Positions 21,341 to 32,271 of a stretch of DNA of 64,000 bases are shown here, piece after piece. The notes under the pieces are model-generated. The model ran no database searches and was not told the origin of the DNA. It saw only the letters and a program-made list of their open reading frames with translations. Each line of letters begins with the position of its first letter. Position 1 is the first letter of the stretch. The DNA is from Treponemataceae bacterium (GTDB taxonomy: Bacteria > Spirochaetota > Spirochaetia > Treponematales > Rectinemataceae). The stretch spans positions 320,001 to 384,000 of the forward strand of contig CAXXHO010000003.1 in assembly GCA_963667725.2 (NCBI GenBank). Direction: 5' to 3'. The position numbers were made by a program, and so were the translations under genes.

Positions 21341-21437
21341 TGAACTACAGGTGGACTGAATTTCAAATTGACCTATCACTAAATGCCAAATGTGTCTTGA
21401 TATATTAATGATCAATGGACTTAAGGAGAATTAGGAA

Positions 21438-21737
21438 GTGAACAAAGCAATCATGAAAAACTTGAAACGCTCAAGCCTGAAGCTTATCAAAATGGCTAAC
21501 GAGCTATTAACCTTAGCCGAAAATATCGACTCGCTAGTCGCAGCAAAAGAAAGGCAGGTGAATAAAGAAGCTTTAGATAACAAGGACAAGGTTCAGAGGC
21601 CTGTATCAAATAAGAAAACTGTAGCTGTGACTGCCAAGAAGGAGCCTAAGAATCAGACTGTTAAAAAGGAATTGACTTCAGTGTCAATGGAAAAACCAAA
21701 AGCTAAGAGGGGTAGACCTGCTAAGAAAGGAATTTAA
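21438..21737 (+). CDS. Small basic protein with C-terminal AT-hook-like motif
   Basis: AAGGAG upstream; Lys-rich; ends KRGRPAKKGI. Confidence 0.55.
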   Translation: MNKAIMKNLKRSSLKLIKMANELLTLAENIDSLVAAKERQVNKEALDNKDKVQRPVSNKKTVAVTAKKEPKNQTVKKELTSVSMEKPKAKRGRPAKKGI

Positions 21738-21775
21738 TCCTTTACAGTATTTTATTATATCTATAAAGAGGTAGT

Positions 21776-22534
21776 ATGCCAGTTAAAAGTAATTCACTTA
21801 CTCATTTTACAGAGGAAATTGATACTCTTAGAAGTATTTTGGAAAATGGCTTTTTACCCTCATACTGTACTGAAGATTTTTCATATATTTTTGAGTCAAC
21901 ACCTCTAATACCTTCTGCACCAAGCATTCCAATGGTCTGCTTTTGTGATATACCAATTCATCTAATTAATGATCATATTGAACGGTATGGAAAGTATGGT
22001 TTAGGTCTCCAAAAATCTTGGGGAATAAAGAAACACTTGAATCCTGTTTCATATATCATTGCTGAATCAAGTTATACTAATAGTCTAATAATGTACGCTC
22101 AATTTTTTATGAAGGCTCTTGATATATTAGTCGGTAGTATTTCTTCAAAAGAAAAAATAGCATATCTAAAAGGGTTTGCATTAATATTATCATATACAAA
22201 GCCTTGTATAATTAAGGTTGATGGTGAAGATTTTGATGCATCACAAGAAAATGAATGGAGGTATATTCCATTCGACTTTACTAGCACACAAATATTCCCA
22301 TTTGATCTTGAAGAACCAATAGCGAAAGCTGCTGGAGAAAAAAGATTTCTAAAAGACTATCCACTACAATTTGAGCCTGATGATATTAAGTACATTTTCG
22401 TAAAAGAAGAATCCGATAGATTGCATGTGGTTAATATGATAAAGGAATTAAAATCAAGCAAGTATACCAATGACCAGCTAGCTATATTAACAAGTAAAAT
22501 ATTATCCTCGGAACAGATTATATATGATATGTAG
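21776..22534 (+). CDS. AbiGi family (abortive infection) protein
   Basis: LTHFT...ILENGF...PMVCFCDIP...HIERYGKYGLGL...WG...LNPVSY and ENEWRY. Confidence 0.78.
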   Translation: MPVKSNSLTHFTEEIDTLRSILENGFLPSYCTEDFSYIFESTPLIPSAPSIPMVCFCDIPIHLINDHIERYGKYGLGLQKSWGIKKHLNPVSYIIAESSYTNSLIMYAQFFMKALDILVGSISSKEKIAYLKGFALILSYTKPCIIKVDGEDFDASQENEWRYIPFDFTSTQIFPFDLEEPIAKAAGEKRFLKDYPLQFEPDDIKYIFVKEESDRLHVVNMIKELKSSKYTNDQLAILTSKILSSEQIIYDM

Positions 22535-22757
22535 TTCTAGAATAGTATGATCAATGTTATGTAATCTGTCCATGGAATCCATCTCTGCCCTTTATCTCCT
22601 TCCCCTATCTAACCCTTCAAAATCCAAGCTCATACCCGTAAGTAAAGACCATCAAGCTGAGAAATCTTTTCAGTGATAGCTGCCTGAAGAGTATCTTTGT
22701 GACCATTAGCCTCGATCTTATTGCTCTGATCATTATTGGCTCTCCTCCCCTTAATAG

Positions 22758-24398
22758 TTATACGTTAACCTTTATATCCTTTTCCCTATTCAGATTTTCC
22801 TTTGGCTGCTCCTTCTCCCTATTCCTCCATTTGTGTTGGTATTCCCTCTCCATCTCATATTGGTCATGCTGCCGCTTTTTAGCTCCAAAGGTTTTTGTGG
22901 CTTCACATATTGCTATCAGTTGATCTCTTGCTACTTCAGCTACAACTTTATAGGTTGTTGACCATTTACCCCGTTTGATCGTGTACCCCGCCTCTACTAT
23001 CCCTACCATCTCAAGTAGCTCAAGTTTTCGTTTAGCACTCTTATAGATCATCTGGTTCCATTGCTTTCCCCATTCGTTGATTGTTCTTTCAGTACCAAGA
23101 GTGAGGGAAGATATGATTATATCTGCATCAAGCCCTAAAGCTCTTGATCTAGAAATGTCACTATTAACCCTGATGCCAGAATTGGAGTGTAGGTTTGACC
23201 ATTCCTCCACGATTCCCCCAGAATAGGTTTGGTCAGGAATACACACCAGATTAGCCACATCATACACTGATGATTTCCAACCATCATACTTATGTACTAG
23301 CTTGATACCTGTCTCTTTAAAGTGATTGAGTACTGATCCATGGGATACCCCACTCTCTTCAGCTATTTGTCTGGTGGATAGACTTAAGCTATGTAGCTTT
23401 GCTGGTCCTGCCATTCTAAGGATGTTGAGGATACCAAGGATGATTTTTCTGAGAGTCCGAGGCATTTCTCTACAATGCTTGTAGTAATAGTAGGAGAGGG
23501 TGAGGTTGGTGTTGAAAGGGGTAGCCTGACTGTGAACCCATGTATAAGCCCTCTGATATTCATCATGAAATCTCTTTTGCCTATCCCCTTCATAGGTGAA
23601 GTACTTCAAATGATCCCTACTACCCCATCTCTCAAAGAGTAATTGAATCTCAGCTTCAGTCAGGTCAAGCCCAACGCCCCGCACCATGAAGGCAAATTCA
23701 GGTTCACTCCTTGAAATATATCCCTGTTTGTCCCCTTCTAGTATCCTTTTATATTTATCCCCGAACCCCCGTATCAGTACTTCAGGGGACTCTAAAGGAA
23801 GCAACTGTTTTGAGGGGGGAATAAGCAAGGTATCAGGTCTTGTGGCATTTTCAAGGTTAGAGAAGAAGGGATCAAGCTGAAGGTCATAGATGGAATCAAC
23901 TTCATAGATTCCTTTGAACCCATCAAGCATTGAGTAGGGGAGTCGTTTGCCTCCTTCTAGGATATAGGAGTCTGGTTCAATGGTGTGACCGGTATATTTG
24001 GCATCCCCAACATTTTCTCCGTTGTACGTAAGCTTGAAAGTCCTATGGAGGTTGGGGTTCTTTAGTCGTACATGGGCATGAATACCCCCATGAGCGGTAG
24101 ATGTTAGGGTAGTCTTCTTACAGATATTATCAAAGCTAGGGGATAGCTCTCTGGCTAATTTAAAGTCCTTGTAGGCTTCAAAGTCCAAGGTAAATAAGTT
24201 GTTGCTTCTTACTCCCGACACCCAAGCAATATTGATAGGATCGGGGATGTCGAAGAGTTTACAGATATCATCGTCTGTCTGAGGTTCAGCGAGATATAGG
24301 TTGTAATCTTTGTTGTTGTACTTCTCGCCTGCTGTAATTGGTACTAATTGAATGCCTGCATCATGGAATTGTAATGCGTTTTGTAATTGTGCTCTCAT
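22758..24398 (-). CDS. Bifunctional primase-polymerase (Prim-Pol) domain replication protein with C-terminal HTH
   Basis: NIAWVSG...LFTLDFE and TAHGGIHAH AEP motifs; LSTRQIAEESGVS HTH. Confidence 0.72.
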   Translation of the reverse strand: MRAQLQNALQFHDAGIQLVPITAGEKYNNKDYNLYLAEPQTDDDICKLFDIPDPINIAWVSGVRSNNLFTLDFEAYKDFKLARELSPSFDNICKKTTLTSTAHGGIHAHVRLKNPNLHRTFKLTYNGENVGDAKYTGHTIEPDSYILEGGKRLPYSMLDGFKGIYEVDSIYDLQLDPFFSNLENATRPDTLLIPPSKQLLPLESPEVLIRGFGDKYKRILEGDKQGYISRSEPEFAFMVRGVGLDLTEAEIQLLFERWGSRDHLKYFTYEGDRQKRFHDEYQRAYTWVHSQATPFNTNLTLSYYYYKHCREMPRTLRKIILGILNILRMAGPAKLHSLSLSTRQIAEESGVSHGSVLNHFKETGIKLVHKYDGWKSSVYDVANLVCIPDQTYSGGIVEEWSNLHSNSGIRVNSDISRSRALGLDADIIISSLTLGTERTINEWGKQWNQMIYKSAKRKLELLEMVGIVEAGYTIKRGKWSTTYKVVAEVARDQLIAICEATKTFGAKKRQHDQYEMEREYQHKWRNREKEQPKENLNREKDIKVNV

Positions 24399-24843
24399 CT
24401 TTTTGTTTCTTTGGTGCTTTTGTTCTCAATTCGTGGAAAAGACTTTTCTCTTTTTTCTCCTTAAGATTCACTAGATTCGGATACCAAACCTCGTCTGAGC
24501 TAATGAAGGTAGATTTGAGTGGGTACAGTTGGATGGTAGGAAGGCTTACTACTTTCATAGAACTATAGTTAACGGTCTGAAAAGATTAGTGTTGCTTTTG
24601 AGAGGAGAGGAAAGGAGAAGGAGTGGCTTAGTTCAAGAGTGGATGATCAAGGATTAGTGGGAGTGAGTCAAAAAAAGAGAGGAAGGCATTTCTGCTTTTT
24701 CCCCTCCCGCTTGATGAGAGCAATATATATAGTTACATAGTTCAGATATTAGCTTGAAATGGGAATAGTGCGTGAGCAACCTATTAAATAAATTTCGCAT
24801 ATATTTAAGACTTTTAGTTGGTATTACTCAGACATATTAGAAT

Positions 24844-25908
24844 TTATAAGTAGGGACGTGTAACAGTATTTCGCCAGCATTGAGGATCTGGTGCATAGAA
24901 ATCACCGTTTGAGTGTGCGAAGGCTACAGCGGGACACCCCCTACATTCAAAATGGAGAGGGCAATGTACGCATGCTTTGAAATTACTATATTGTCTATAG
25001 TACATTAATGCAGGGGAGGTAAAAATTTCTGCTACTGATTGTTCTGGTAGTTTTCCTATAAAGCTTTCAAATCTTCTGCATGCATAAACGCTGCCGTCTG
25101 GAAGGATTGTTAAGTTGCTTTTCCCAATATGGCACCCAGAAATTATCTGTTTTGCAGGATTATCCTTTATTTTATATTCCCCTTGCTCATATAAAAGCAA
25201 TTTCCATAAATTGTCTTTGTGTGATAACTTGGTTTTATTCCCATGCGAATATAATTCTTTAGATTCTCTTTGAATAGCTAAAAGGACATTCTTATATTGG
25301 ATAGGTGTAAAATCCTCTTTAGCTATTGTACTTAATGAAGGTACATATCGGGCAAATGAAAAAAGGTCTACACCTAGTTCAGAAACGAATCTATATGTTG
25401 GGATTAGGTCTTGTACATTTATTTTGCTCACAGTGAACATGACTATTGAACGTAGGCTAGAGCTAACAAGTTTTTTAATACCATCAACAGTGAAATTAAA
25501 ACTACCTGATCCTCGAATTAAGTCATGAGTATTTTCTAACCCATCAAGGCTCAATTGATAACTCTTTACACCAAGACTTAATAGCTGGTTAATGCAATTC
25601 ATTGTCAGGTAATTTGGATTTCCCATAATATGGCAAGGTATCTCTTTACTATGAAAGTAATTCAATAGTTCCCAGAAATCTTGACGTAGCAGTGGATCAC
25701 CACCAGTTATAAAGAAAACTGGGTAAGCATGCGCCCTCGAACAGAATTCGATGACTGAGTCAACTATCAATATACAATCATTAAGTGAAAGCTCTTTTTC
25801 AAGATCATGAGAGTATCGTAGACTATTAATTGAATAACAATGTTGACATTTTTGTTCGCACTTTGCTGTAATATGCCATTGGATAGCAAACCATGGTAAA
25901 CCATTCAT
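24844..25908 (-). CDS. Radical SAM/SPASM peptide maturase, ACGX-system-like (probable start MNGLPW at 25908)
   Basis: QWHITAKCEQKCQHC (CxxxCxxC), TGGDPL; SPASM GC..ACRR..CVHC..CRGC..DPQCW. Confidence 0.88.
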   Translation of the reverse strand: MNGLPWFAIQWHITAKCEQKCQHCYSINSLRYSHDLEKELSLNDCILIVDSVIEFCSRAHAYPVFFITGGDPLLRQDFWELLNYFHSKEIPCHIMGNPNYLTMNCINQLLSLGVKSYQLSLDGLENTHDLIRGSGSFNFTVDGIKKLVSSSLRSIVMFTVSKINVQDLIPTYRFVSELGVDLFSFARYVPSLSTIAKEDFTPIQYKNVLLAIQRESKELYSHGNKTKLSHKDNLWKLLLYEQGEYKIKDNPAKQIISGCHIGKSNLTILPDGSVYACRRFESFIGKLPEQSVAEIFTSPALMYYRQYSNFKACVHCPLHFECRGCPAVAFAHSNGDFYAPDPQCWRNTVTRPYL

Positions 25909-25915
25909 TAATGCT

Positions 25916-26101
25916 TTAGTCGCCATCTCCACCACATTCACCATCACCATGACAATCAGAACCAATATCACTGCAATCAGTAGATGCAGAATTCGTTGTA
26001 GGGATTACTGATTCTTGTAGTTGCTGACTGGAAACTCTATTCCAATGAGCATATTGCATTTGAATCTTAGCGATCTTCTCATCTAAAGCTAAATCAGACA
26101 T
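25916..26101 (-). CDS. Putative RiPP precursor peptide (61 aa; Cys/Asp/Gly-rich C-terminal core)
   Basis: GAGGAGG RBS; ends 7 nt before the rSAM start; core TDCSDIGSDCHGDGECGGDGD. Confidence 0.8.
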   Translation of the reverse strand: MSDLALDEKIAKIQMQYAHWNRVSSQQLQESVIPTTNSASTDCSDIGSDCHGDGECGGDGD

Positions 26102-26551
26102 AATTGGCCTCCTCTAAAGTTTTATACATTGAAGTCTGGATGAATACTTCGCAACAAATAAAATAGTCCAGCTCCCTTTTGTTTGCTAATAGTATACAAC
26201 TAATATTTAAAAATGCAACAACAATTGATACTATCTATTGCTTTTGTAAAAATGGGAAGATGTGTCATAAGGATACAATTTTATTGTGGTACCCTTTCGG
26301 GCATAAAAGTAAAGCAAAAGACTTGCATATTCTTTTAATTTATATTAAGTCCTTTCATGTTTGCAGCGAGAAAGATATTAAAGAAAAATTGGTATCGGCG
26401 ATAAGAAGTCCGTGTAAGTCTAATTTTCCCAAGTAATTCAAGCTTCACATAATATAAGGCAGTGATGATTCTTCAGAGGGTTGGAATCGATGCAATTGCC
26501 TCCATAAATATATGTTCCTTACTTATTAAAATTGAATAATGAGATTGTTCT

Positions 26552-28885
26552 TTATGCCACTTTTGGTATTGCCCCCAACAAGTAGAGATATTGTTGAAAT
26601 CCAGTGAAGGTTTTACCTATATCTTCTCCAAGGTCTGCCACTGCATCAGAAATAGAGTCATTGTACTTCAACCTAAGTAGGGATGTAAGTTTTTCAACCG
26701 CTAGTTCTTCAACTCCGACTGAGATGTAATGGCCTAAGACAAATTCAAGGAATCCCTTCTGTTTGGTAGAGAACCTATCAGACATAATTTTCTTTGCTTC
26801 TGAAGCCCTTTCCTCCCGTGTAAACGTAGGCATTGCATACGCAACAAAGGCGAGCACATCAAAGATATCACTCTTCTCAGCTTCAATAATCTTCTGCATT
26901 TCTTCAAGCTGTGTTTTCCCAAATCCATTCTCTGCAAGTCCTTCAAGCAGTTTTTTTCTTGTGATGGGGGAACTCCACAAATCTCGCAACTCAGCCTCAC
27001 TCTTGAAAAAGTCAGGTAGCTTTCCGAAAAGCACTTCCATGAACTGCTGAGCTGACATTGGAGTACCATCAGGATGCCAGAAAGTAGTACACATCATGTG
27101 CTGTATCGTTCGTTCCTTCCCATCTGCAAGCTTCACTTTTATTTTGGCTGGCCTCTCGACTGGAGGTTCAAGCGGTGGTTTTTGTTTTTTCTCAGGGATA
27201 GGAGTGTGTTCTTGTTTGGGGTCAGGCTCTACTGGTTCTCCATCCCAATCTTCATCATGGAAGTGTAGATGGGCTTTTACAAAGTCATGGATAGTAAAGT
27301 AGTCCTTGTTATCGTGAAGCCTCGTTCCTCTGCCAATTATCTGCTTGAACTCGATCATTGAGTTCACGGGGCGCATCAAGACAATGTTCCGAATGTTTCG
27401 AGCGTCTACTCCAGTTGAGAGTTTTTGAGAAGTTGTAAGGATGGTAGGAATAGTCTTTTCATTGTCTTGGAATTCACGGAGATGGGTATCCCCTATCTCA
27501 CCTTCATCTGAGGTAACTCTATGGCAATAATCAGGGGATGTACTAGTCTTCATCTGGTTTATCAAATCTCTGACTGCAAGGGCATGGGCTTGGGTTGCAC
27601 AGAATACAATTGTCTTTTCAGATTGACTGATCTGATCCATGAAGAGTTTTACCCTGACGGCCTCTCTCTCCCTGATCTCGATTATCTTATTAAACTCAGC
27701 CTCTGTGTACCTACGTCCTGTATCAATCTCTCCTTGGAGCACATCATCATCAGCGGTATAGACGTATTCATCAAGAGAAGTCGTATATTCCTTGACCCTG
27801 AAGGGAGTGAGGAAGCCATCGTTGATACCTTCTTTAAGAGAGTATGTATAGACTGGCTCTCCAAAGTAAGCGTAGGTATCTATGTTTTCAGTTCGCTTCG
27901 GGGTTGCAGTAAGCCCAAGTTGTACAGCAGGGGAGAAGTATTCAAGGATTTCTCGCCATGTGCTCTCATCATTCGCGCCACCTCTATGACACTCATCTAT
28001 AACAATGAAATCAAAAAAGTCTTTGGGGTAGTTTCCAAAGTAGGGGGAGGGTTTTCCATTTACAGGTTGCCCACTCATGAACGTCTGGAAGATTGTAAAG
28101 AAGATGCTACCGTTTGTAGGTACTCTTTGCCTAAGCTTTATTTCTGATGGTTTAATTCTTATCATCGCATCATCAGCAAAAGCGTTAAATGAAGAGAAAT
28201 CATTATAGGCTTGGCTAGCTAAGTTGTTTCTATCCGCTAGGAATAGGATTCGCGGGCGACGTGTTGGCTGTCCACTCAGATTCCACCAAGATTTGAATAA
28301 CTTCCATGCTATTTGAAAAGCGATAGCAGTCTTCCCTGTACCAGTAGCAAGGGTAAGCAGAATGCGTTTTTCGTTTTTTGCAATCTTCTCAAGCACTCTG
28401 TTTACTGCTGTTTCTTGGTAGTAGCGAATATCCCAGGTACCACCTTTGTCAGGGAATGCAGTTTCGGTGAATCTATTACGCCATTCATTTACCTGCTCAA
28501 AAGTTCGATTCCAAAGCTCTTCCGGTGTTGGAAACTTAGGCACATCCTCTTCTTTTCCAGTGAGCATATCAATTGCATAGATGCCCCTACCGTTTGTTGA
28601 ATATGTAAACCTTATAGATAGTTTTGAGGCATAGTTCTTAGCTTGTCCAACTCCTTCAGAGACTTCTTGGCCATACGCTTTTGCTTCAATGGTGGCAAGC
28701 CGAATATTCTTATACACGAGGACATAGTCAGCAGTAAGAGGCTTTCCTCTTCTTCCTTGACTGCCTTCGAGTCTGCCAGGATAGATGGGGTATTCTCGTC
28801 TTATTTGGCTATTCTCAACTGTTCCCCATCCAGATAAAGCGAGGGAAGGATCGATATACTCAGCACGTGTTTCGGCTTCATTCAT
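26552..28885 (-). CDS. hsdR: Type I restriction enzyme subunit R (EcoAI/EcoEI-like)
   Basis: ADY...IEAK nuclease; LATGTGKT; DECHRG; LTATP; QIIGRGTR. Confidence 0.93.
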   Translation of the reverse strand: MNEAETRAEYIDPSLALSGWGTVENSQIRREYPIYPGRLEGSQGRRGKPLTADYVLVYKNIRLATIEAKAYGQEVSEGVGQAKNYASKLSIRFTYSTNGRGIYAIDMLTGKEEDVPKFPTPEELWNRTFEQVNEWRNRFTETAFPDKGGTWDIRYYQETAVNRVLEKIAKNEKRILLTLATGTGKTAIAFQIAWKLFKSWWNLSGQPTRRPRILFLADRNNLASQAYNDFSSFNAFADDAMIRIKPSEIKLRQRVPTNGSIFFTIFQTFMSGQPVNGKPSPYFGNYPKDFFDFIVIDECHRGGANDESTWREILEYFSPAVQLGLTATPKRTENIDTYAYFGEPVYTYSLKEGINDGFLTPFRVKEYTTSLDEYVYTADDDVLQGEIDTGRRYTEAEFNKIIEIREREAVRVKLFMDQISQSEKTIVFCATQAHALAVRDLINQMKTSTSPDYCHRVTSDEGEIGDTHLREFQDNEKTIPTILTTSQKLSTGVDARNIRNIVLMRPVNSMIEFKQIIGRGTRLHDNKDYFTIHDFVKAHLHFHDEDWDGEPVEPDPKQEHTPIPEKKQKPPLEPPVERPAKIKVKLADGKERTIQHMMCTTFWHPDGTPMSAQQFMEVLFGKLPDFFKSEAELRDLWSSPITRKKLLEGLAENGFGKTQLEEMQKIIEAEKSDIFDVLAFVAYAMPTFTREERASEAKKIMSDRFSTKQKGFLEFVLGHYISVGVEELAVEKLTSLLRLKYNDSISDAVADLGEDIGKTFTGFQQYLYLLGAIPKVA

Positions 28886-28894
28886 AGGATATCC

Positions 28895-30046
28895 TTATAG
28901 GTTCCCTGTGAAGGCTTCATTCAATATAGATTTCTTGAGAGCTTCGAGTTCAATTATCTTCCGCTTGATAACCGATTCAAGTAATGTAATTTCATCTTTT
29001 AGCATATTCAGTTCATGGACTATTTCCTGTTGCTTTTGTAGTGGTGGTAGATGGATGGGGAAGTTACGAAGATATCCTAATCCTACAAACTTTTGCGTTG
29101 AACCTCTAGCATCATTCATCATCTTAGTAATAACTGCACTAGAAGAAAGGTAATATTGTAAAAACTCACTACTCTGAGAACTAGGTATTTTAAAAAGTGC
29201 AACATTTTTAATTGCAAAATTTGGCTCAACTGCAACCAATGTTGGATTTCCAATCGTTCCGATCATTGCAAAAAGTACATCACCCCTGTCTACAGCACTT
29301 CTTTTATTAATTTGAAGAAAGTCTTCCTCGCTAATTAAGCTAACATCATCAAAACTCAATCCATTCGTTTTTAAATTTTTGGAAGTTATAAGAGGATAGC
29401 CAGTCTTATGGTACTTAGGAGAATCATGTGTTCCATCCCTAACATCATAATATTCTCCGAGAGTTCCATCATTCCAGTCATTGCTTTGTCTTGTAAAAAT
29501 TAAATGTAAATAGCTTTCAAATAAATTATGAGCATTTTTTAGATTCTTCTCTGCATTTGCCTTGGCTATGGCTATTCCCTCAAATGCTTCATCGAGGATT
29601 TTAACAATGCGTTGTTGCTCTGACATCGGAGGGACAAATATCTCAAATCCTAAAAGGGAGTTGACGTTAGCTCTTGGCATCCGAGCACCTGTAGAGGTCG
29701 AACTAATTTTAGCTACTGTCGAGTAAGACATAAGCCAGTATTGTAAAAATGAACGTGTTATATTCGGTTTTGGTTTTAGTGGCATTATTTCTGTTGAGCA
29801 ATGACCATTAAAATCTGGTGCATATACTTTATTTAGATAGGGGCGTAATCTCCCATATAATAGATGTTCGGTTGAAAATGAAAATGTAGAACTCTTTACA
29901 TCCTGAGGTAGTTTGGAACCAATAAACCTTCCTGTATTAGATTCGATATCTTCCAACCCTACATATGGTAATCCTTTGAAAATCTTTTGTATTTTTTCTA
30001 TAATACATACATCTGCGATTTTCATTTTTTCCCATACACTTTTCAC
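28895..30046 (-). CDS. hsdS: Type I R-M specificity subunit S
   Basis: Two TRDs followed by PPMSEQQRIV and PPLQKQQEIV conserved regions. Confidence 0.93.
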   Translation of the reverse strand: MKSVWEKMKIADVCIIEKIQKIFKGLPYVGLEDIESNTGRFIGSKLPQDVKSSTFSFSTEHLLYGRLRPYLNKVYAPDFNGHCSTEIMPLKPKPNITRSFLQYWLMSYSTVAKISSTSTGARMPRANVNSLLGFEIFVPPMSEQQRIVKILDEAFEGIAIAKANAEKNLKNAHNLFESYLHLIFTRQSNDWNDGTLGEYYDVRDGTHDSPKYHKTGYPLITSKNLKTNGLSFDDVSLISEEDFLQINKRSAVDRGDVLFAMIGTIGNPTLVAVEPNFAIKNVALFKIPSSQSSEFLQYYLSSSAVITKMMNDARGSTQKFVGLGYLRNFPIHLPPLQKQQEIVHELNMLKDEITLLESVIKRKIIELEALKKSILNEAFTGNL

Positions 30047-31545
30047 AACAAACCCCTAATCTTCTCTAATACCCTTGCACTCTCATCGTCCAACCTGACT
30101 ATCTCATCAAGTATATCTTTAGGACTTCGATGAAATACTTCTTCATTTCCATTAGGATTCTTTACAGAAAGATCAAAGGAGATCTTATCCACATCACCAA
30201 TTTTGATACTCCAAGACTTTGGAGAATCTTCAAACTTCTTCGATAGCTTCACAAAGTCTGCAAGGTCTTCATCATTGAGTGGGTTTGTCTTGCCAAGAGT
30301 TCTGCCGGGATCAAGCTGGTAATACCATATCTTCCGGGTAGGTTCTCCCTTTTGAAAGAAGAGAATGACCGTCTTTACTCCAGCCCCTTGGAATGTTCCT
30401 GAAGGGCAATCGAGGATAGCTGTGAGGTTGCAGCTCTCAAGAAGCAGTTTCCGCAGGGAAGTCGAAGCATTGTCGGAGTTGGATAGGAATGTATTCTTAA
30501 TCACAATCCCTGCTCGTCCCCCTGCTTTAAGCATCTTTATAAAGTGCTGAAGGAAAAGAAATGCAGTCTCTCCTGTACGGATAGGGAAGTTCTGTTGGAC
30601 TTCGGGGCGTTCACTCCCCCCAAAAGGAGGATTTGCTAGGCATATATCTACTCTATCTTTCTCCTGTATGTCAGATAGGTTTTCTGTAAGTGTATTCGTG
30701 TGGATGATATTAGGTGCATCAATGCCATGAAGAATCATGTTCATTATAGCGATGACGTATGCGAGAGATTTTTTCTCCTTCCCGATGAAGGTTTTTTCTT
30801 GCAGTATCTTTACATCTTTGGTGGTAAGCTCTTTCGATTCTTTCATGTAGTTGAAAGACTCACAGAGGAATCCGGCTGAACCTACAGCCCCGTCGTATAC
30901 CTTCTCCCCTATCTGAGGCTTTACAACTTGTATCATGGCTCGGATTAACGGACGAGGAGTGTAGTACTCTCCCCCATTCCTTCCTGCATTGCCCATGTTC
31001 TTAATCTTGGCTTCATAGAGATGGGAGAGTTCAAACTTGTCAGATTGAGATCTGAACTTCAACTCATCGATATGGTCGAGGATGTCCCTCAAACTATAAC
31101 CCGACTGGATCTTGTTCTTGATCTCTCCAAAGATTTCACCAATCTTGTACTCGATTGTATTAGACCCTGAAGCTCTGCCCTTGAAGCCGTGAAGGTATGG
31201 AAACAGCTTCTGGTTCACAAAACCTATTAGGTCATCCCCAACCATCGCCTTGTTGTGGTCGAGCTTCCCATCTTTACCCTTTGGAGCTGCCCATGACTCC
31301 CATCGGTAAGGTTTTTCTAGGATATAGGAGTATATGCGGCCTTCTAGTTTAGCTTCAGTAGCTCTATCTTCCTCTAAGCCATCGAGATATTTGAGGAAGA
31401 GTAGCCATGAGGTTTGCTCAGTGTAATCAAGTTCGGTAGTACAACCAGCTTCTTTATGGAGGATGTCATCGATGTTCTTGAAGGCTTGCTCAAAGTTGTT
31501 TACTGGAACTATTTTGTTATCTGAGTTAGCTTTAGTCCTCGCCAT
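30043..31545 (-). CDS. hsdM: Type I R-M N6-adenine methyltransferase subunit M
   Basis: GEYYTPR, DGAVGSAGF and NPPF motifs. Confidence 0.94.
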   Translation of the reverse strand: MARTKANSDNKIVPVNNFEQAFKNIDDILHKEAGCTTELDYTEQTSWLLFLKYLDGLEEDRATEAKLEGRIYSYILEKPYRWESWAAPKGKDGKLDHNKAMVGDDLIGFVNQKLFPYLHGFKGRASGSNTIEYKIGEIFGEIKNKIQSGYSLRDILDHIDELKFRSQSDKFELSHLYEAKIKNMGNAGRNGGEYYTPRPLIRAMIQVVKPQIGEKVYDGAVGSAGFLCESFNYMKESKELTTKDVKILQEKTFIGKEKKSLAYVIAIMNMILHGIDAPNIIHTNTLTENLSDIQEKDRVDICLANPPFGGSERPEVQQNFPIRTGETAFLFLQHFIKMLKAGGRAGIVIKNTFLSNSDNASTSLRKLLLESCNLTAILDCPSGTFQGAGVKTVILFFQKGEPTRKIWYYQLDPGRTLGKTNPLNDEDLADFVKLSKKFEDSPKSWSIKIGDVDKISFDLSVKNPNGNEEVFHRSPKDILDEIVRLDDESARVLEKIRGLL

Positions 31546-31675
31546 GCTGTAAAGTTCCTTTCTTTTACTTATTTATAAGACAGTATACTCCCATCAATTC
31601 GACTGCGCCAGAAGAAAACTGCTAAACAAACAGATATGAGGTTAGGTTTGTACGTGCAAATTGTTGAGCAATAGA

Positions 31676-31771
31676 CCCTTCACCTTTCACCAAAGAAGAA
31701 TAACTGTAATAATCATATAGAAATAGGATTGGTGAAAGGATAATAGGTTTTTATATGTGAGCTTTTCACTA
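31676..31771. repeat. TTTCACCA iteron-like module, copy 1
   Basis: CCTTTCACCAA...TTGGTGAAAGG inverted pair plus flanking direct copies; same layout as 39994-40092. Confidence 0.55.
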
Positions 31772-31855
31772 GACAGTTTTTTCATATACAAGCTCAAATA
31801 AGCTATTATCTTATTAGGTTAGTAATAAATAGATATAAGACCAATAAATACCCGA

Positions 31856-31883
31856 TTGACTTCATAGTAGGTCGAGGTATACT
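31856..31883 (+). promoter_or_regulatory. Candidate sigma70 promoter upstream of the cassette array
   Basis: TTGACT-N16-TATACT. Confidence 0.35.
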
Positions 31884-32271
31884 GATAATAATTTAGTATC
31901 TAAAACAATAATAGATACGATGAGTGTTTTCATTCTGTTTCGGCGAAGAGAGCCCCGCGTATCTGTTGGGTGCTAAAAAACTTAGTTGCCTATAAGGACA
32001 GCTAGGCATAGTCATATCTTCTTAAAGATTCAAGAAAACATTTTCTGTTTCCGGATGATGCGCCTTGATTGCTTTATAATTTGAATATACTGAACAGTAT
32101 ATACTCTAGTAATTGAATGGGAACTTTTTACAAATATTTATGTTAGATTGCTTTATTCTTAGAATCATCTGGTTACATTGTTCATCCTAACCGACTCTCA
32201 AAGTATTTTATATAGAACTGTATAATTGATGTTAGGCATATTAAGTATTGTTAAAAATTAGGGTTTAATAA

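Noticed and set aside
24361..24558. Small ORFs upstream of Prim-Pol and the helicase-like gene (also 41738-41929, 26179-26436)
   Set aside because: No recognisable motif or clear RBS; possible but unsupported
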